A DNA stretch of 64,000 nucleotides from Octopus sinensis (GCF_006345805.1 NW_021830453.1:2316-66315); one strand, 5' to 3'; numbered from the stretch's first letter, positions 12,885 to 25,396 are shown. The notes: generated by a model not told the origin, from the letters alone. Translations and numbers: made by a program.

Positions 12885-13619
12885 TGACTTTTGCTTTATA
12901 TTTGTACAAGTTGGCTCCAAGTCTCACCCAGAGACCTCAAGAGACAACAGGGTTGGAAGTTCACGTTGTTGTTATGCCTAGTGTGCCATATATTTGGGGG
13001 GTGGGGGTGTTGTACTAATGAATGTCTAAAAAAAAAAGTTTTTTTTTTTTTTTTAAAACCGAAAATTATGTTTGTTTTAAACCTTGAGATTACATAGAAA
13101 GTATTTTGCGTAGGATATGAGCAGTTCCCATGAGCACTATCTTTTGAATTTCTGCCATTTTTGGGTTTCCTGGTATCTGAGTTAGGTAGCTATCAGCCCC
13201 TTTTGCTATCATTCCCAGGGCACCTATGACAACAGGTATTGTTTTAGTCTTCAGCTTCCACATTTTGCTGATTTCTATTTCAAGATCTTTATATTTGCTC
13301 AGTTTTTGGTAGGTCTTGACAGATACGTTTATATCGATTGGGACAGTCATATCAATGAGGAAGCATGTTCTTTGTTTGAAGTCTTTCAATATGATGTCTG
13401 GCCTATTTGCATCTATCTTTCTGTCAGTTTGAATGGTGAAGTTCCAGAGGAGTGAGATGTGGTCATTTTCAAGCACGGGGGGTGGTTTGTGTTCCCACCA
13501 GTTTTTTCATGGGGCAAATCCAGGATTTTACAGATTACCCAGTGAATATATTGTGCAGCTCTATCGTGCCTGTTGAGATAGTGACTATATTGTGCAGCTC
13601 TATCGTGCCTGTTGAGATA
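12885..13619 (-). mobile_element. R4/Dong-type RLE 3' fragment (second copy)
   Basis: ORF 13090..13476 (NRPDII, IDMTVP, KYKDLE); 39-bp tandem duplication at the truncation point. Confidence 0.9.
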
Positions 13620-13639
13620 TAAATAAAAAACGTATAGAT

Positions 13640-14020
13640 AAAATACAAAAATTTCAACAAAACATTTTGATGTGGGAGACAAAGTCCATTTCAAAATATA
13701 CAAGAATGGTAAAGAAGGTTGGGAGGACGGTGTAGCGACCAAAAGAATTGGAAATATGATGTATTTAGTAAAAGGCCAACAGCAGGAGCATAAACGACAC
13801 CTAAATCAATTAAAAATAAGATATACGGAAGAGAGGAAGGAAATTCCAATGGAAGTGTTTTATGACATGTTTGATGTGCCAACACCAAAAGAGATTGAGC
13901 CAAGCAGGAACAGTAACAGAAAACGTAAACAGACTGAACATTTAGAAATAATTCTTAAGCGGAAAAGGTATTGAACTCCTTAGGGAATAAAAATCTTAAA
14001 ACAGGAAGGGGTGTTGGACA
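13640..14020 (+). mobile_element. Ty3/gypsy LTR retrotransposon remnant: integrase C-terminal tail, polypurine tract, LTR start
   Basis: FDVGDKV...W..G...KRIGNMMYLV...KRHLNQL then a stop, then AGGAAGGGG followed by TGTTGG at 14012. A second PPT-TG junction lies at ~14152-14170. Confidence 0.7.
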
Positions 14021-14023
14021 GAA

Positions 14024-14078
<55 letters not shown>

Positions 14079-15097
14079 TAATAATAATAATAGTAATAAT
14101 AATAATAATAATAAAAAAATATATTTCGTTTCCTACAGAAGCCAAAATCTCAAAGGGGAGATGTTGTGGTGAGTATCGCGACACCCCCTGCGAGAATAAA
14201 CTGACCGAACAACTATAAATAGTAGCAGTCTTAATGAGATAGGGATATGAATATGTTTGTGTGTCTGTGTTTGTCCCCCCACCTTTCTTGATAACCGATG
14301 TTAGTATGTTTACGTTCCCGTAACTTAGCAGATCGGCAAAAGTAAACATAGAATATGTACTAAACTTAGAGAGAATAAGTCCTGGGGTCGATTTATTCGA
14401 TTAAAGGTGATGTTCCAGCATGACCGCAGTCCAATGAGTGAAACAAGAGAAAAAGAGCAAAAGAATATGTTCCTGTGTGTGTGTGTGTGTGTTTGTCCCT
14501 CAATCGATGAATTTTACGTCCTTTGGAGTGAAAAAGAGTAATTAATTTGTCACGTGATTTCGCATCACCGTCACCACCCCCACCCCATCACCATCTTCAC
14601 CATCGCCATCACCACCACCACCACCACCGTTACCATTGGCGGCAGCATCTCCAACAGCGACGCAACCACCGCCGTCTCTATCACCACATCTACTATCACT
14701 CTCATCTCCGCCACTACTACCACACCCCCACGACCACGACCCCAACGAAAACGACGACGAGCGCCCCACCCCACCCACCCTACCACATCCTTCGGTGCCT
14801 TTTCTAGAGTTCACTCTGTTGTAAGCATTCAGGTCCACCCGGTTTAATGACGACACCCCCGCTTCACCCCATGAGTCTTGGAGGGCAAGAAAAATTAAGG
14901 GTCACTGACGCAGCCCCTCCCTTCACTCCACATAAAGGTAAAACAAAAAACAAAAGAGATAGTAAAAATACAAAAAAAAATTATTGGCTCTGAGCTGGAT
15001 TTGAACCCCAAACGCAGAAAGCCGTAACAAATACGATAAAGCATTATATCGGACGCTCTAACGATTCTCTTTAAGACTGTTTAAGGCTGTGATTTAA

Positions 15098-15350
15098 GGG
15101 GGGGTAGGGATTAACGGGGGCGGGGGAGCTGTGTCACGGTTGAATGCTGCGGTAGACGGTTATGTGTTAAAGATACGGTGACGGCAGAGGAAGCTCAGTA
15201 GAGCGTGGCACGGGCGGAGAGGACAAAGGAGTGATTGGGTGGAAGCGAATTGAAATAAAACTGCCAAAGACATTGATGACAAGCAACAAAGGCTAATTTA
15301 GAGACACACGGCCGAGGGCTCCGACGGCGGCCGGGGAGGGTTTCGGTCGG
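15098..15350. promoter_or_regulatory. GC-rich promoter/enhancer-like island with a G-quadruplex motif, GC box and inverted CCAAT
   Basis: G7-TA-G3-ATTAAC-G5-C-G5 at 15098-15126; GATTGG near 15233. Motif evidence only. Confidence 0.3.
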
Positions 15351-15423
15351 TTGCTGTGCTTGCTTTTTTTGTTTGTTTTTGTTTTCTTTGGAATAGTAAG
15401 AACAATGGCAGAAACAACAAAAA

Positions 15424-15455
<32 letters not shown>

Positions 15456-16997
15456 ACAACAACAATTATAACAATATGAACGGTAACAGAAACATCAGCA
15501 ACAACAGTAACTGCAAAACAACAACAGCAGCAGTGGAGGCACAATGGCCCAGTGGTTAGGGCAGCGGACTCGCGGTCGAAAGAACGCGGTTTCGATTTCC
15601 GATCAAGGCATTATAAGTGTTTATTGAACAAAAACACCTAAGCTCCACGAGCCTCCAGCAGGGGTGGGTTGGTTTTGAACCCCGCTGTACTCTTTCACCA
15701 CAACTTTCTCTCACTCTTTCTCCCTACTTCTGCCACAAAGCAGAGGAACCATGGTGTAACCCACTCTGGGTGAGGATGGTTCAGCTCTCCACCCGTTAAA
15801 AGCCACCGTTTATGGAATGAGGATAACAACGTAGCTTTCGCACCCGTGCAACCGCCAGTCTATCGCGTGTGGTGGGTGGATCTTCAAGTTGTCACACGCA
15901 TTCTTAGTAGCTTAGAGTAGGCTCGAATTTGAGATTATTCTTTGTGGCTAATGGTATGTGCTTTGATTGAAAGAAGAAGAAGAAGAAGAAGAAGAAGAAG
16001 AAGAAGAAGAAGAAGAAGAAGAAGAAGACAGGCTTCTTTCAGTTTCCGCCTACCAAATCCACTCACAAGGATTTGGCCAGCCTGAAGCTACAGTAGAAGG
16101 CACTTTGCCCAAAGTGCCACATGGTGGGACTGAACCCAGAACCATGTGGTTGGGGAGTAACCATAATCTTTAAATTTAAAAACTTTTGAATCTATAATAC
16201 TATTGTTATCCTTGTTTTGTTAACGTTCCACGTGTATCTTTTATCATTTCACTTTTTCTCGTTTCAGTCATTGAACTGCGCCCATGCTGGGGCAACGGCA
16301 TGAAGGAAGAAAATTAACTGATCCTCCCGCATTTTCTTTTACATATACATATCTGTATAAATATGTATGTATATATATGTATATATATATATATATGTAT
16401 ATTCGCACACACACGCTCACACACATAAATACGAAGACAGGTGGTGTAGACAACAAACATGTATTAGTATAACGCTCGGGAATTGAAAAAGTCTTTGATG
16501 TTTCGAGGCTACGCTCTTCCACAGAAAGGAATACGGAAAGAAACAAAGAGAGAAAATAAAGAATGTTTGGTGGCTAGCGATCTATCATGGCGAATGCTGG
16601 ACAATCTCCAGCGAGTTAACTTGGGATTCCTTAACAACAATATAACTTCCCTTTGACTAAGGTATCTTCGGCCTGATGAGTGGCTACCGCAGTATCCCTT
16701 GTTGGGTAATTATTATATCAGAGTATCTGCAAACGAGAAAACTTATGTGGCCTGGATTCTACCTGCTCTTCTCCCTCAATACGAATCTTTATTCACATTC
16801 ATAGCAATCCTAGTTGCTAACCATGAACCATAAAAACTTGTTTCAGCGTATCGAACTTCGATATAGGAAAACCTACAACCTTCTACGTCAATAAACTATT
16901 ATTGTTCTAGAAAGTCGTTCTTTATACCTACTACGGATTGCTCGAAGCTTACTAACTTATATATATATATATATATGTACACGCACATATATATGTA

Positions 16998-17217
16998 CAT
17001 GGGGCAGGGGCTGAAAGTTCCTGGTTTTAAGGATATCGCGAAAGGCCCGGTTGGAGGCCTAACCTTCTGAGTTTTTTTTTACAAGGCTTAGAAAAACTGA
17101 AGAACTGCTGCAATAAGTGTGTGAATCTGAGAGGGGAATGTATTAGATAAAATCAAAATCAAGTGATCCTCCTCTATTTTTTTTACCCAATCCCAGGAAC
17201 GTTTCAGCGCTCCATCG
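16998..17217. mobile_element. Non-autonomous mariner-type MITE
   Basis: Degenerate TIRs (..GCTGAAAGTTCCTGG / CCAGGAACGTTTCAGCG..) flanked by TA. Confidence 0.7.
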
Positions 17218-17701
17218 TAAGTATTGTAGTTATTCTATCGGACTCTTTTGTCAAAACGTAGTGTTAAGGAGGACGTGAACAAAGAAACACCTTATGATAA
17301 GTTCAAATTCCACCGAGGTCGACTTTGCTTTTCATCCTTTCGGGGTCTATAAATTAAGTACCAGTTGCGTACTGGGGAGGATCTAATGCCCCCCCCCCGT
17401 ATGCTTACGGTGGGCTTCTTAAGTTTCCATCTAGCAAATCCTGTCTCAGAGCATAGGTGGGGCCGGTAATATATATAGTAAAATCACAAGCCAAATGAGA
17501 AACGCAGTGGGATTGAACCCGAAACCACGTTGTTACGAAGCGAGTTTCTTAACCGCAAAGTTATGCCTAATGAAATTTTGAATATCCCTTTTTTTAAAAT
17601 CTTCTGAAATCGAATTTAAATTCCTTAAAAATCCCCAGGGCACTTGGATAAAGTTTGCGGTGTGTCAGTGTGCCGCGGGAGAATCGTTACTGCAGACAAT
17701 A

Positions 17702-18315
17702 TTCTTTACTACTCTAGGCACAAGACTCAAATTTTTTTTTTTGGTGGGGGGAGCTATTAGATTGACACCACTACGCAACTGGTACTTAATTTATAGACCC
17801 CGAAAGGATGAAAGGCAAAGTCGACCTCGGTGGAATTTGAACTGAGAACGTAGCGACAGCTGAAATACCGCTAAGCATTTCAGCCGGCGTGCTAACGTTC
17901 CTTATTTCTTTATTGCCCACAAGAGGCTAAACATAGAGGGGACTAACAAGGACAGACAAAGGGATTAAGTTGATTATATCGACCCCAGTGTGTAACTGGT
18001 ACTTAATTTATCGACCCTGAAAGGATGAAAGGCAAAGTCGACCTCGGCGGAATTTGAACTCAGAAAGTAAAGACAGACGAAATACCTATTTCTTTACTAC
18101 CTACAAGGGGCTAAACACAGAGGGGACAAACAAGGACGGCAAACGAATTAAGTCGATTAGATCGACCCCAGTGCGTAACTGGTACTTAATTTATCGACCC
18201 CGAAAGAATGAAAGATAAAGTCTACTCGGCGGAATTTGAATTCAGAACGTAACGGCAGACGAAATACTGCTAAGCATTTCGCCCGGCGTGCTAACGTTTC
18301 TGCCAGCTCACCGCC
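17702..18315 (-). mobile_element. tRNA-derived SINE family C (MetaSINE-like central domain), head-to-tail trimer
   Basis: Three consecutive copies of GTACTTAATTTATCGACCCCGAAAGGATGAAAGGCAAAGTCGACCTCGG. Further copies at ~10630-10760, ~17300-17390, ~29685-29790, ~34240-34470 and 56738-56921. Confidence 0.75.
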
Positions 18316-18372
18316 TTGCTGGTGTAGACAATATTAAAGGAGTTCACGTGTTGCTTGTTAGATTGTCTGCGT

Positions 18373-18758
18373 GGAGGCGCAATGGCCCAGTGGTTAGGGC
18401 AGCGGACTCGCGGTCATAAGATCGCGGTTTGGATTCCTAGACCGGCGTTGTGAGTGTTTATTGAGCGAAAACACCTAAAAGCTCCACGAGGCTCCGGCAG
18501 GGGATGGCGGTGATCCCTGCTGTACTCTTTCACCACAACTTTCTCTCACTCTTACTTCCTGTTTCTGTTGTACCTGTATTACAAGGGGCCGGCCTTGTCA
18601 CTCTCTGTGTCACGCTGAATATCCCCGAGATCTACGTTAAGGGTGCACGTGTCTGTGGAGTGCTCAGCCACTTACACGTTAATTTCACGAGCCGGCTGTT
18701 CCGTTGATTCGGATCAACCGGAACCCTCATCGTCGTAACCGACGGAGTGCTTCCATCC
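18373..18758 (+). mobile_element. Full-length tRNA-derived SINE family B with 13-bp target-site duplication
   Basis: A/B-box head (TGGCCCAGTGG...GGTTTGGATTCC). AGATTGTCTGCGT at 18360-18372 and 18759-18771. Partial copies at ~15535-15720 and ~58827-58860. Confidence 0.9.
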
Positions 18759-19039
18759 AGATTGTCTGCGTTGGAGGTTGGTGAGAAATTCATTTGAGTG
18801 TCTGGAAAAGGCTCAGCTGTCAGACGCCAGCATTTCCTCAGCAAACACGAGAATAGTAGTAATAATAGTAGCAGCAGTAGCAGAAGTGGCAGTAGTAGTA
18901 GTAGTGGTGGTGGTGCTGGTTGTGGAGGTGGTTGTGGTGTTTGAGTTTGGCTCAAGGCCAGAGACTGTGGGATTGGTGCGAAATTGATGAGATTGATCGG
19001 TGTTGTGAACACGATGACCGTGATGGCCATCGTCGGAAA

Positions 19040-19222
19040 GCCCTCTTACCACCACCACCAGCACCACCAGCACCACCAACACCACCAACACCAACAACAC
19101 CACCACCACGACCATCACTACCACCGTCAGCACTACTGTGAATACCAACCCACATCACCATCGTCGTGGTCATCATCATCCCCACCATCATCATCATCAT
19201 CATCCTCATCACCACCACCACC

Positions 19223-19256
<34 letters not shown>

Positions 19257-19990
19257 TCGCAATCACCATCGAATCGATCGCCGCCAACATTATCGATACC
19301 ATTAATGTCATCATCATCATCATTACGAACATCATCGTTGTCACCATTGTGGTCTCATACCCCAACAACACCACAAACCAATACAACCACCACCACCACA
19401 CCACCATCATCATCCATCATCATCATCATCATCAATCCAATCACCATCGAATCGATCGCCGCCAACATTATCGATACCATTAATGTCATCATCATCATCA
19501 TTACGAACATCATCGTTGTCACCATTGTGGTCTCATACCCCAACAACACCACACCAATACAACCACCACCACCCCACACTACCACGTCTGTATCCATAAC
19601 CACCACCATCCCCACAAAAACCACCATCGCCACAGGCACCACCACTGCCATCACAGCAACCAGTACCTGTACGACCAGCTCCAGCACCATCATCACCACC
19701 ACTACCACCACCATCACCACCACCACAACAACAACAACAATTTCCATCACCACCGCTGCCGCCGCCATTGCCTCAACTACCACCGACACCGCCACTAACA
19801 TCACTACCACTAAGAACATCATCACCACCACCAACAACAACTCCACCACTACCACCATCACAACCATCATCACCACCTCAATCTGCACACTACCACCACC
19901 GCTACAACCACCACTACTTTTACCAGCAACACCAAAGCAACCACTAGAACCGATACTATCATTATTACTATGACCATCACCACCATCACC
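19040..19990. repeat. (CAC/CAT)n low-complexity tract with an internal ~178-bp duplication
   Basis: caatcaccatcgaatcgatcgccgcc... is repeated at ~19260 and ~19438. Confidence 0.85.
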
Positions 19991-20507
19991 ACCAATACGA
20001 CGTATCGGGTAGATAACTTGACCACTTGTGATTGAAATATCGAGCGTTTATCGATAGTTTGACGATGGTGAGAGCCAACACATGTCGACCTACCACAGGC
20101 CACAAAACTGACCTGATTTCATTCAGATACTTGTTGTCGTGGCGATAGCAGCTGTTGATGTAGTTTTTGTTGTGCGTATGTATGTGTGTGTATTTGCTTA
20201 AATCTGCACCTAGAACACAGTGTATGTATATGCATATACATAATATGCATGTATGTATATGTGTATATGTATATGTATATGTGTGCGTGAAATATATATA
20301 TATGTACATATATATGTACATATATATATGTATACACACACATTAGGTGCAGGCGTGCCTGTGTAATAAGAAGTTCCTAACCACATGGTTACGGGTTCAC
20401 TATCACTGCATGGCACCTTGGGCAAGAATCTTCTATTATATGCTCTGTTCGACAAAAGACTTGAGTGGTATTGGTTGAGGGAAGCTGAAAAACTGTTGAG
20501 TATGTGT

Positions 20508-20574
<67 letters not shown>

Positions 20575-20576
20575 CC

Positions 20577-20786
20577 ACTTAAATGTTAACTCTTAAGGGT
20601 GGATGCTACTGTAGCTTGTAGCCCCAGGAGGACACCTCCTCCAGCTGGCTATAGACACACTTTCTATGCCTTATCAATATTTTTGTGCCCTATCAAAATA
20701 TTGATAGGGCACAGAAAGTGTGACAATAGCCAGCTGGGGCTCCAAGTTACAGAAGCATCCACCTTTAAGGTTAACCACATTTAAGT
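20577..20786. mobile_element. MITE-like ~210-bp fold-back hairpin
   Basis: Paired segments GGTGGATGCT/AGCATCCACC, CCAGCTGGCTAT/ATAGCCAGCTGG and ACACTTTCT/AGAAAGTGT; inner perfect 13-bp hairpin at ~20683-20713. Confidence 0.65.
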
Positions 20787-21029
20787 TGCGAATATACTTC
20801 ACGATATCGTGCAGCTACTGTTTATACCTCGTTCAGAGATTTATTATTGATATTATATATATATATATATATATAATATATATATATAATATATATATAT
20901 AGATATATATATATATCTATATGATTAAATATATAGATATATATATATATATAAACATATATAAAACTGGACTCGTCGGTCACGAAGACCATGGTGCACA
21001 CCAAAAGGTTCCCTTCCGGTTGTTTTTAT

Positions 21030-21282
21030 AGAAGACCAGCAGTTGACCATGCATACCAGCCTCCCCTCTCCATGCCATCAGTGTTATCCAAAGGAAAGGC
21101 AAAGGGTCCGATACAGCTTGGCACCAGTGATATCGCAACTCATTTCTACAGCTGAGTGAATTGGAGTAATGTGAAATAAAGTGTCTTGTTCAAGAACACA
21201 ACACGAAGCCGGGTCCAGGAATCGAACTCACAACCTCACGATCGTAAGCTCGACGCTCTAACCACTGAGCCATGCGCCTTCA
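21030..21282 (-). mobile_element. tRNA-derived SINE family D
   Basis: Minus-strand head GGCGCATGGCTCAGTGGTTAGAGCG...GAGTTCGATTCC (A and B boxes). Confidence 0.8.
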
Positions 21283-21302
21283 CACCACACACACACACAC
21301 AC

Positions 21303-21363
<61 letters not shown>

Positions 21364-21564
21364 GGAGTAAATATTCAAACGAATATTCATATAGATATTA
21401 TTATTGTTATTATTATCAGCTGTTAATATAAATAATTGATAATAATAACAACAAAAATATAGGTGGTAGAAAACAATAATATATATGATACACTGAAGCC
21501 GTTCTGAATTTGGCGCGAGACAATTCAGAACGCAACGGATGCCAATAAGGCGAGTACGGTGATG

Positions 21565-21615
21565 CTTGCTGAGGAAAATTGAGATGGTAGCTAGAATTCG
21601 AAACCATGATCCAGG
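21565..21615 (+). ncRNA. Degenerate hammerhead motif
   Basis: CUUG-CUGAGGA-AAAUU...AAUUC-GAA-ACCAUGAU-C-CAGG; one mismatch each in stems II and III. Confidence 0.5.
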
Positions 21616-21792
21616 AATATCCGATTCTTCATTCTACAGCTTTGAGCTGTGAGGATTTGTTAATCTTTATTCGTTTGTCCGATTTCTGCTGATCCGTTGT
21701 GTATTCAGGGTAATTCGGTGGTTTAGTTGAGGTTTTAGCTCCTCTTTCTAGCAAGTAGGTTCGCGTGTCCTCTAGTTTAATTTTATATATAT

Positions 21793-21859
<67 letters not shown>

Positions 21860-22204
21860 CATACATACATATATATATATTTTTGCGAGAGTGCGTCTGT
21901 GTGTGCATGTGTGTGTGGTCTTTGTGTTTGTTCCCAATTACTGCTTGGCACCGGTGTTGGTGTGTTTACGTCCGCGAAATTTAGTGGTTCGGCAAAAGAG
22001 TCCGATAGAACAAAGTACTAGGCATTTTAAAAAAATAGGTGCCCCAGCATGGCAGCAGTCTAATGGCTGCCATAAGTAAAAGACAAAAGATAAAAGCTAC
22101 TGACTCGCAAAGATTGAGAAATACCTGCCTTCACCTCGCAGTGGAAGTTGTCGCAGGTTTGTCTTTAAATACTTATAAGCATTGTGTGTGTGTGTGTGTG
22201 TGTA

Positions 22205-22609
22205 TTCTTTTATTCTTTTATTTGTTTTAGTAATTTGATTGTAGCCATGCTGGAGCATGGCTTATAGTCGAACAAATCGACCCCCAGGACATATTCTTTG
22301 TAAGCCTAGTACATATTATATCGGTCACTATTGCCAACCGCTGAGTTACGGGGACGTAAACACACCAGCATCGGTTGTCAAGCGATGGTGGGGAGACAAA
22401 CACAGACATACAAACATACACACGCACACACATATGTGTGTGTATATATATATATACATATATACGACGGGCTTCTTTCAGTTTCCGTCTACCAAATACC
22501 CCCACAAGGCTTTAGTCGGCCCGAGGCTATAGTAGAAGATAGTTACCCAAGGTTCCACGCAGTGGGACTGAACCCGGAACCATGTGGTTGTTAAGGAAGC
22601 TCCTGTGCC
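22205..22609 (-). mobile_element. SINE family A, near full length
   Basis: Both modules plus the internal microsatellite are present. Confidence 0.85.
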
Positions 22610-23253
22610 AATACAAACATTGTCACTGGCACACACACACGCACACTTAGACACACACACACACACACATATATATTATGCATTTATATATGTGCATATG
22701 CATATATATATATATATATAATATATATATATATATACACATATGTATCTATGCATATACATGCATACCTATGTCTATGTTCCTGTATGGATATATACGC
22801 AAACACACACAAACACACACCACACACACACACACCACCACACACACACACATATATATATATATTCGTGCATCTCTATAGATATGTGTGCATGTGTGTA
22901 TGTATATGTACACATGTTGTATGCATATACATACGCATCTATATCTGTGTTCCTGTTACAATGTGAATGCGTATGTATATATATATATGTATATATGTAT
23001 GGATGTGTATGCATGTATGCGTATGTACATATGTATATATATGTATATACCTGTGCACACACGCACACTGCATTAGCTAATTATACGACATATTAGCTGC
23101 GCATTCAGCCTACGGATGATAATTCGAATATCGTCTTTCTCTGATGATACCAGCCAATCGATACATAATCAAAATTTAAATATTGCCAACTTAAATAATA
23201 TTCGATCGAACTGAAATTCGATTTTCTTAATTCAAATTAAGAAAAAAAATTGC

Positions 23254-23294
<41 letters not shown>

Positions 23295-23509
23295 CAAACA
23301 TATATACTATATGTAGACAGACAGACACACACACATACACACAAACACTCATATATATCTGCAAACATACATACAATATACACTCATACATATATAGAGA
23401 GAAACAGATAGTGATGCAGATAAACACGATTAGGTTTGATATATATAGATAATTATATACATACATACATGTACACACTTACACACACATATAGAGGTAT
23501 ATATATATG

Positions 23510-23544
<35 letters not shown>

Positions 23545-23867
23545 GTATACAAAAACTACATATATTCAGAAGTTAAACAGATATGCACAAGTATATATAT
23601 ATATACAGAGAAATAAATTTATACACAGACACTCACATACACACAGACATACACTAACTCACACACTATATGTGCGCACATATGTATACATCCTACTTAA
23701 TCGACTTATATTACGTACGAAATAACCTCTAGAATTATTTCAAATAATTGGATGAAGTTACTTTGAAGTATAACAAATTTTTCTGCAGCACTCGTGATAC
23801 TAGAGATTGTCTAATAAAGCAAATAACATTTAGTTTCTCTCATGACATGCCATTAATTACAACTCAC

Positions 23868-24076
23868 CATTTATTGTAGAGTACTGTTTTGAAATACACT
23901 CGTTTTCTGAAGTTATTGCTTTGTCTAATATAAAATAAAACGTTCGTATGTAGATATAAGTTGTAGCGTTTATCTTTCAGTGGTTTTAGGTATTGGATTT
24001 TGGCCATTCTGGCAACCGCTTTGAAGCTTTCCAGTTGAACGGTTAAAACTTCTTTAAAAGCATCGTATCTTACACT
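23868..24076 (-). other. Possible isolated coding exon (69 codons), unconfirmed
   Basis: Stop-free non-repetitive frame, strong donor ATG|GTGAGT at 23868/23867 and CAG acceptor at 24077. The acceptor overlaps a SINE relic and I recognise no homologue. Confidence 0.22.
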
Positions 24077-24152
24077 CTGCCGAAGAGCTAGCTCATGGAA
24101 ACATAAGCAAACCAACACCGGTTGTTAAGCACTGATGAGGCTCAAACATACA

Positions 24153-24189
<37 letters not shown>

Positions 24190-24194
<5 letters not shown>

Positions 24195-24483
24195 GAAATG
24201 AAGAAAATGCTGACAAAATAATTTAAGTAATTTAAGTAATTTAATTAGGTGAAAGTTCTTTTTACCGGTTGCGCATTTGTTATGCTTATCAAAAGATTAG
24301 AGTTCCTTTCTGAGAGATTTTTTCCTCTTATCTGGATAAGAGGATAAGAGGAAAAAATCTATCAGAAAGGAACTCTAATCTTTTGATAAGCATAACAAAT
24401 GCGCAACCGGTAAAAAGAACTTTCACCTAATTAATTACTTAAATTGCTTAATTAGTTTGTCAGCATTTTCTTCATTCCTTTTT
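24190..24483. repeat. ~140-bp-arm near-perfect palindrome with a degenerate hammerhead-like motif in each arm
   Basis: Arms are reverse complements. Each carries UUGAUAA-GCAU aacaa AUGC-GCA-ACCGGU-A (24379-24417 on +). Confidence 0.8.
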
Positions 24484-24566
24484 TATATATCACAACTCGT
24501 GTTCCACATCCCCTTTTTTAATATATATATATATATATATATTTGTAAAAAAGAAGTTTGAAAACG

Positions 24567-24607
24567 CCACTACATGTTTCGGTTCTTGAAATAACGAACC
24601 TTATCAA
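24567..24607 (-). ncRNA. Truncated U3-A8 variant hammerhead motif
   Basis: UUGAUAA-GGUUC(10 nt)GAACC-GAA-ACAUGU-A-GUGG; the 5' strand of stem I is lost. Confidence 0.45.
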
Positions 24608-24760
24608 AAAAATTTATAATAAACAATATACATATATATATATATATATACACACACACAAAATATGGGGGGGGGGGTTAGTTCACAGGTGATCTAAACG
24701 GATAAGTAAGCTAGGTAAGTTCTGCAACGGATTACCAGGGTTCCAAGGGATTAAAGGTAA

Positions 24761-25045
24761 GGGAGTAAAAATGTTCCTAGTAATCGCGATTACTATGAAC
24801 ATTTTTACTCCCTCCCCTTACTTAGCGGTCATTTTAATAGCTCATTTTTCTTAATAACGGTCATTTTCATAGCATATTTTCCAATGACCGAAGAACTGAA
24901 GAGATGCCGGCGTGGGTTTCCACCCCGACATCCGAAACTCGGAGTTTTATCATGGCTACCGAATAATTGTTACTTATTATATAAATTCCCTCTATTTACA
25001 TAATATCGAGGTCTCTTTCATTCTTTTGTTGTCTTGCCATTTTCT
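24761..25045 (+). mobile_element. Penelope-like family 3 remnant with a 52-bp 5' palindrome and a hammerhead motif (24891-24951)
   Basis: Palindrome at 24761-24812; CUGAAGA...GAAA-CUCGGAGU-U-UUAUC with a weakened stem I. Confidence 0.65.
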
Positions 25046-25098
25046 ATCATATATGTATGTATGTATATATATATCTATATATATATATATATATATAT

Positions 25099-25291
25099 AC
25101 TAAGCAATAAGGTTCAGCAACGAATTGCCTTACCACATACCGAATTTAGAAATAGCAGTCAAAGGGTTATAGCTATTTCTTCTACTAAAAAGGGAGATCT
25201 CAGTAAAAACAGCAATTGGAAACCCTTTGACTGCTATTTCTAAATTCGGTATGTGGTAAGGCAATTCGTTGCTGAACCCTTATTGCTTAGT
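25099..25291. repeat. Fold-back with 70-bp near-perfect arms (25099-25168 / 25221-25291)
   Basis: Direct reverse-complement match, with one extra base in the right arm. Confidence 0.85.
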
Positions 25292-25396
25292 ATTACTTAA
25301 ATTTTCCTCCAAATGAGGCTTTTACATGCCGAAGACTACTTGGTGTAATTGATAATTATTCCAAATTAATTAATTTCACCCTTCATTATTACGGAT

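Noticed and set aside
16582-16835. Long frame with a weak LRR-like stretch and a CTGATGA motif at ~16673
   Set aside because: In-frame TGA and no splice sites; the hammerhead reading needs G at the cleavage position and broken stems.
18984-19973. 329-aa His/Ser/Thr-rich 'mucin-like' ORF (also 8985..9701)
   Set aside because: CAC/CAT/ACC triplet tracts lack stops in several frames and on both strands; no splice or domain evidence.
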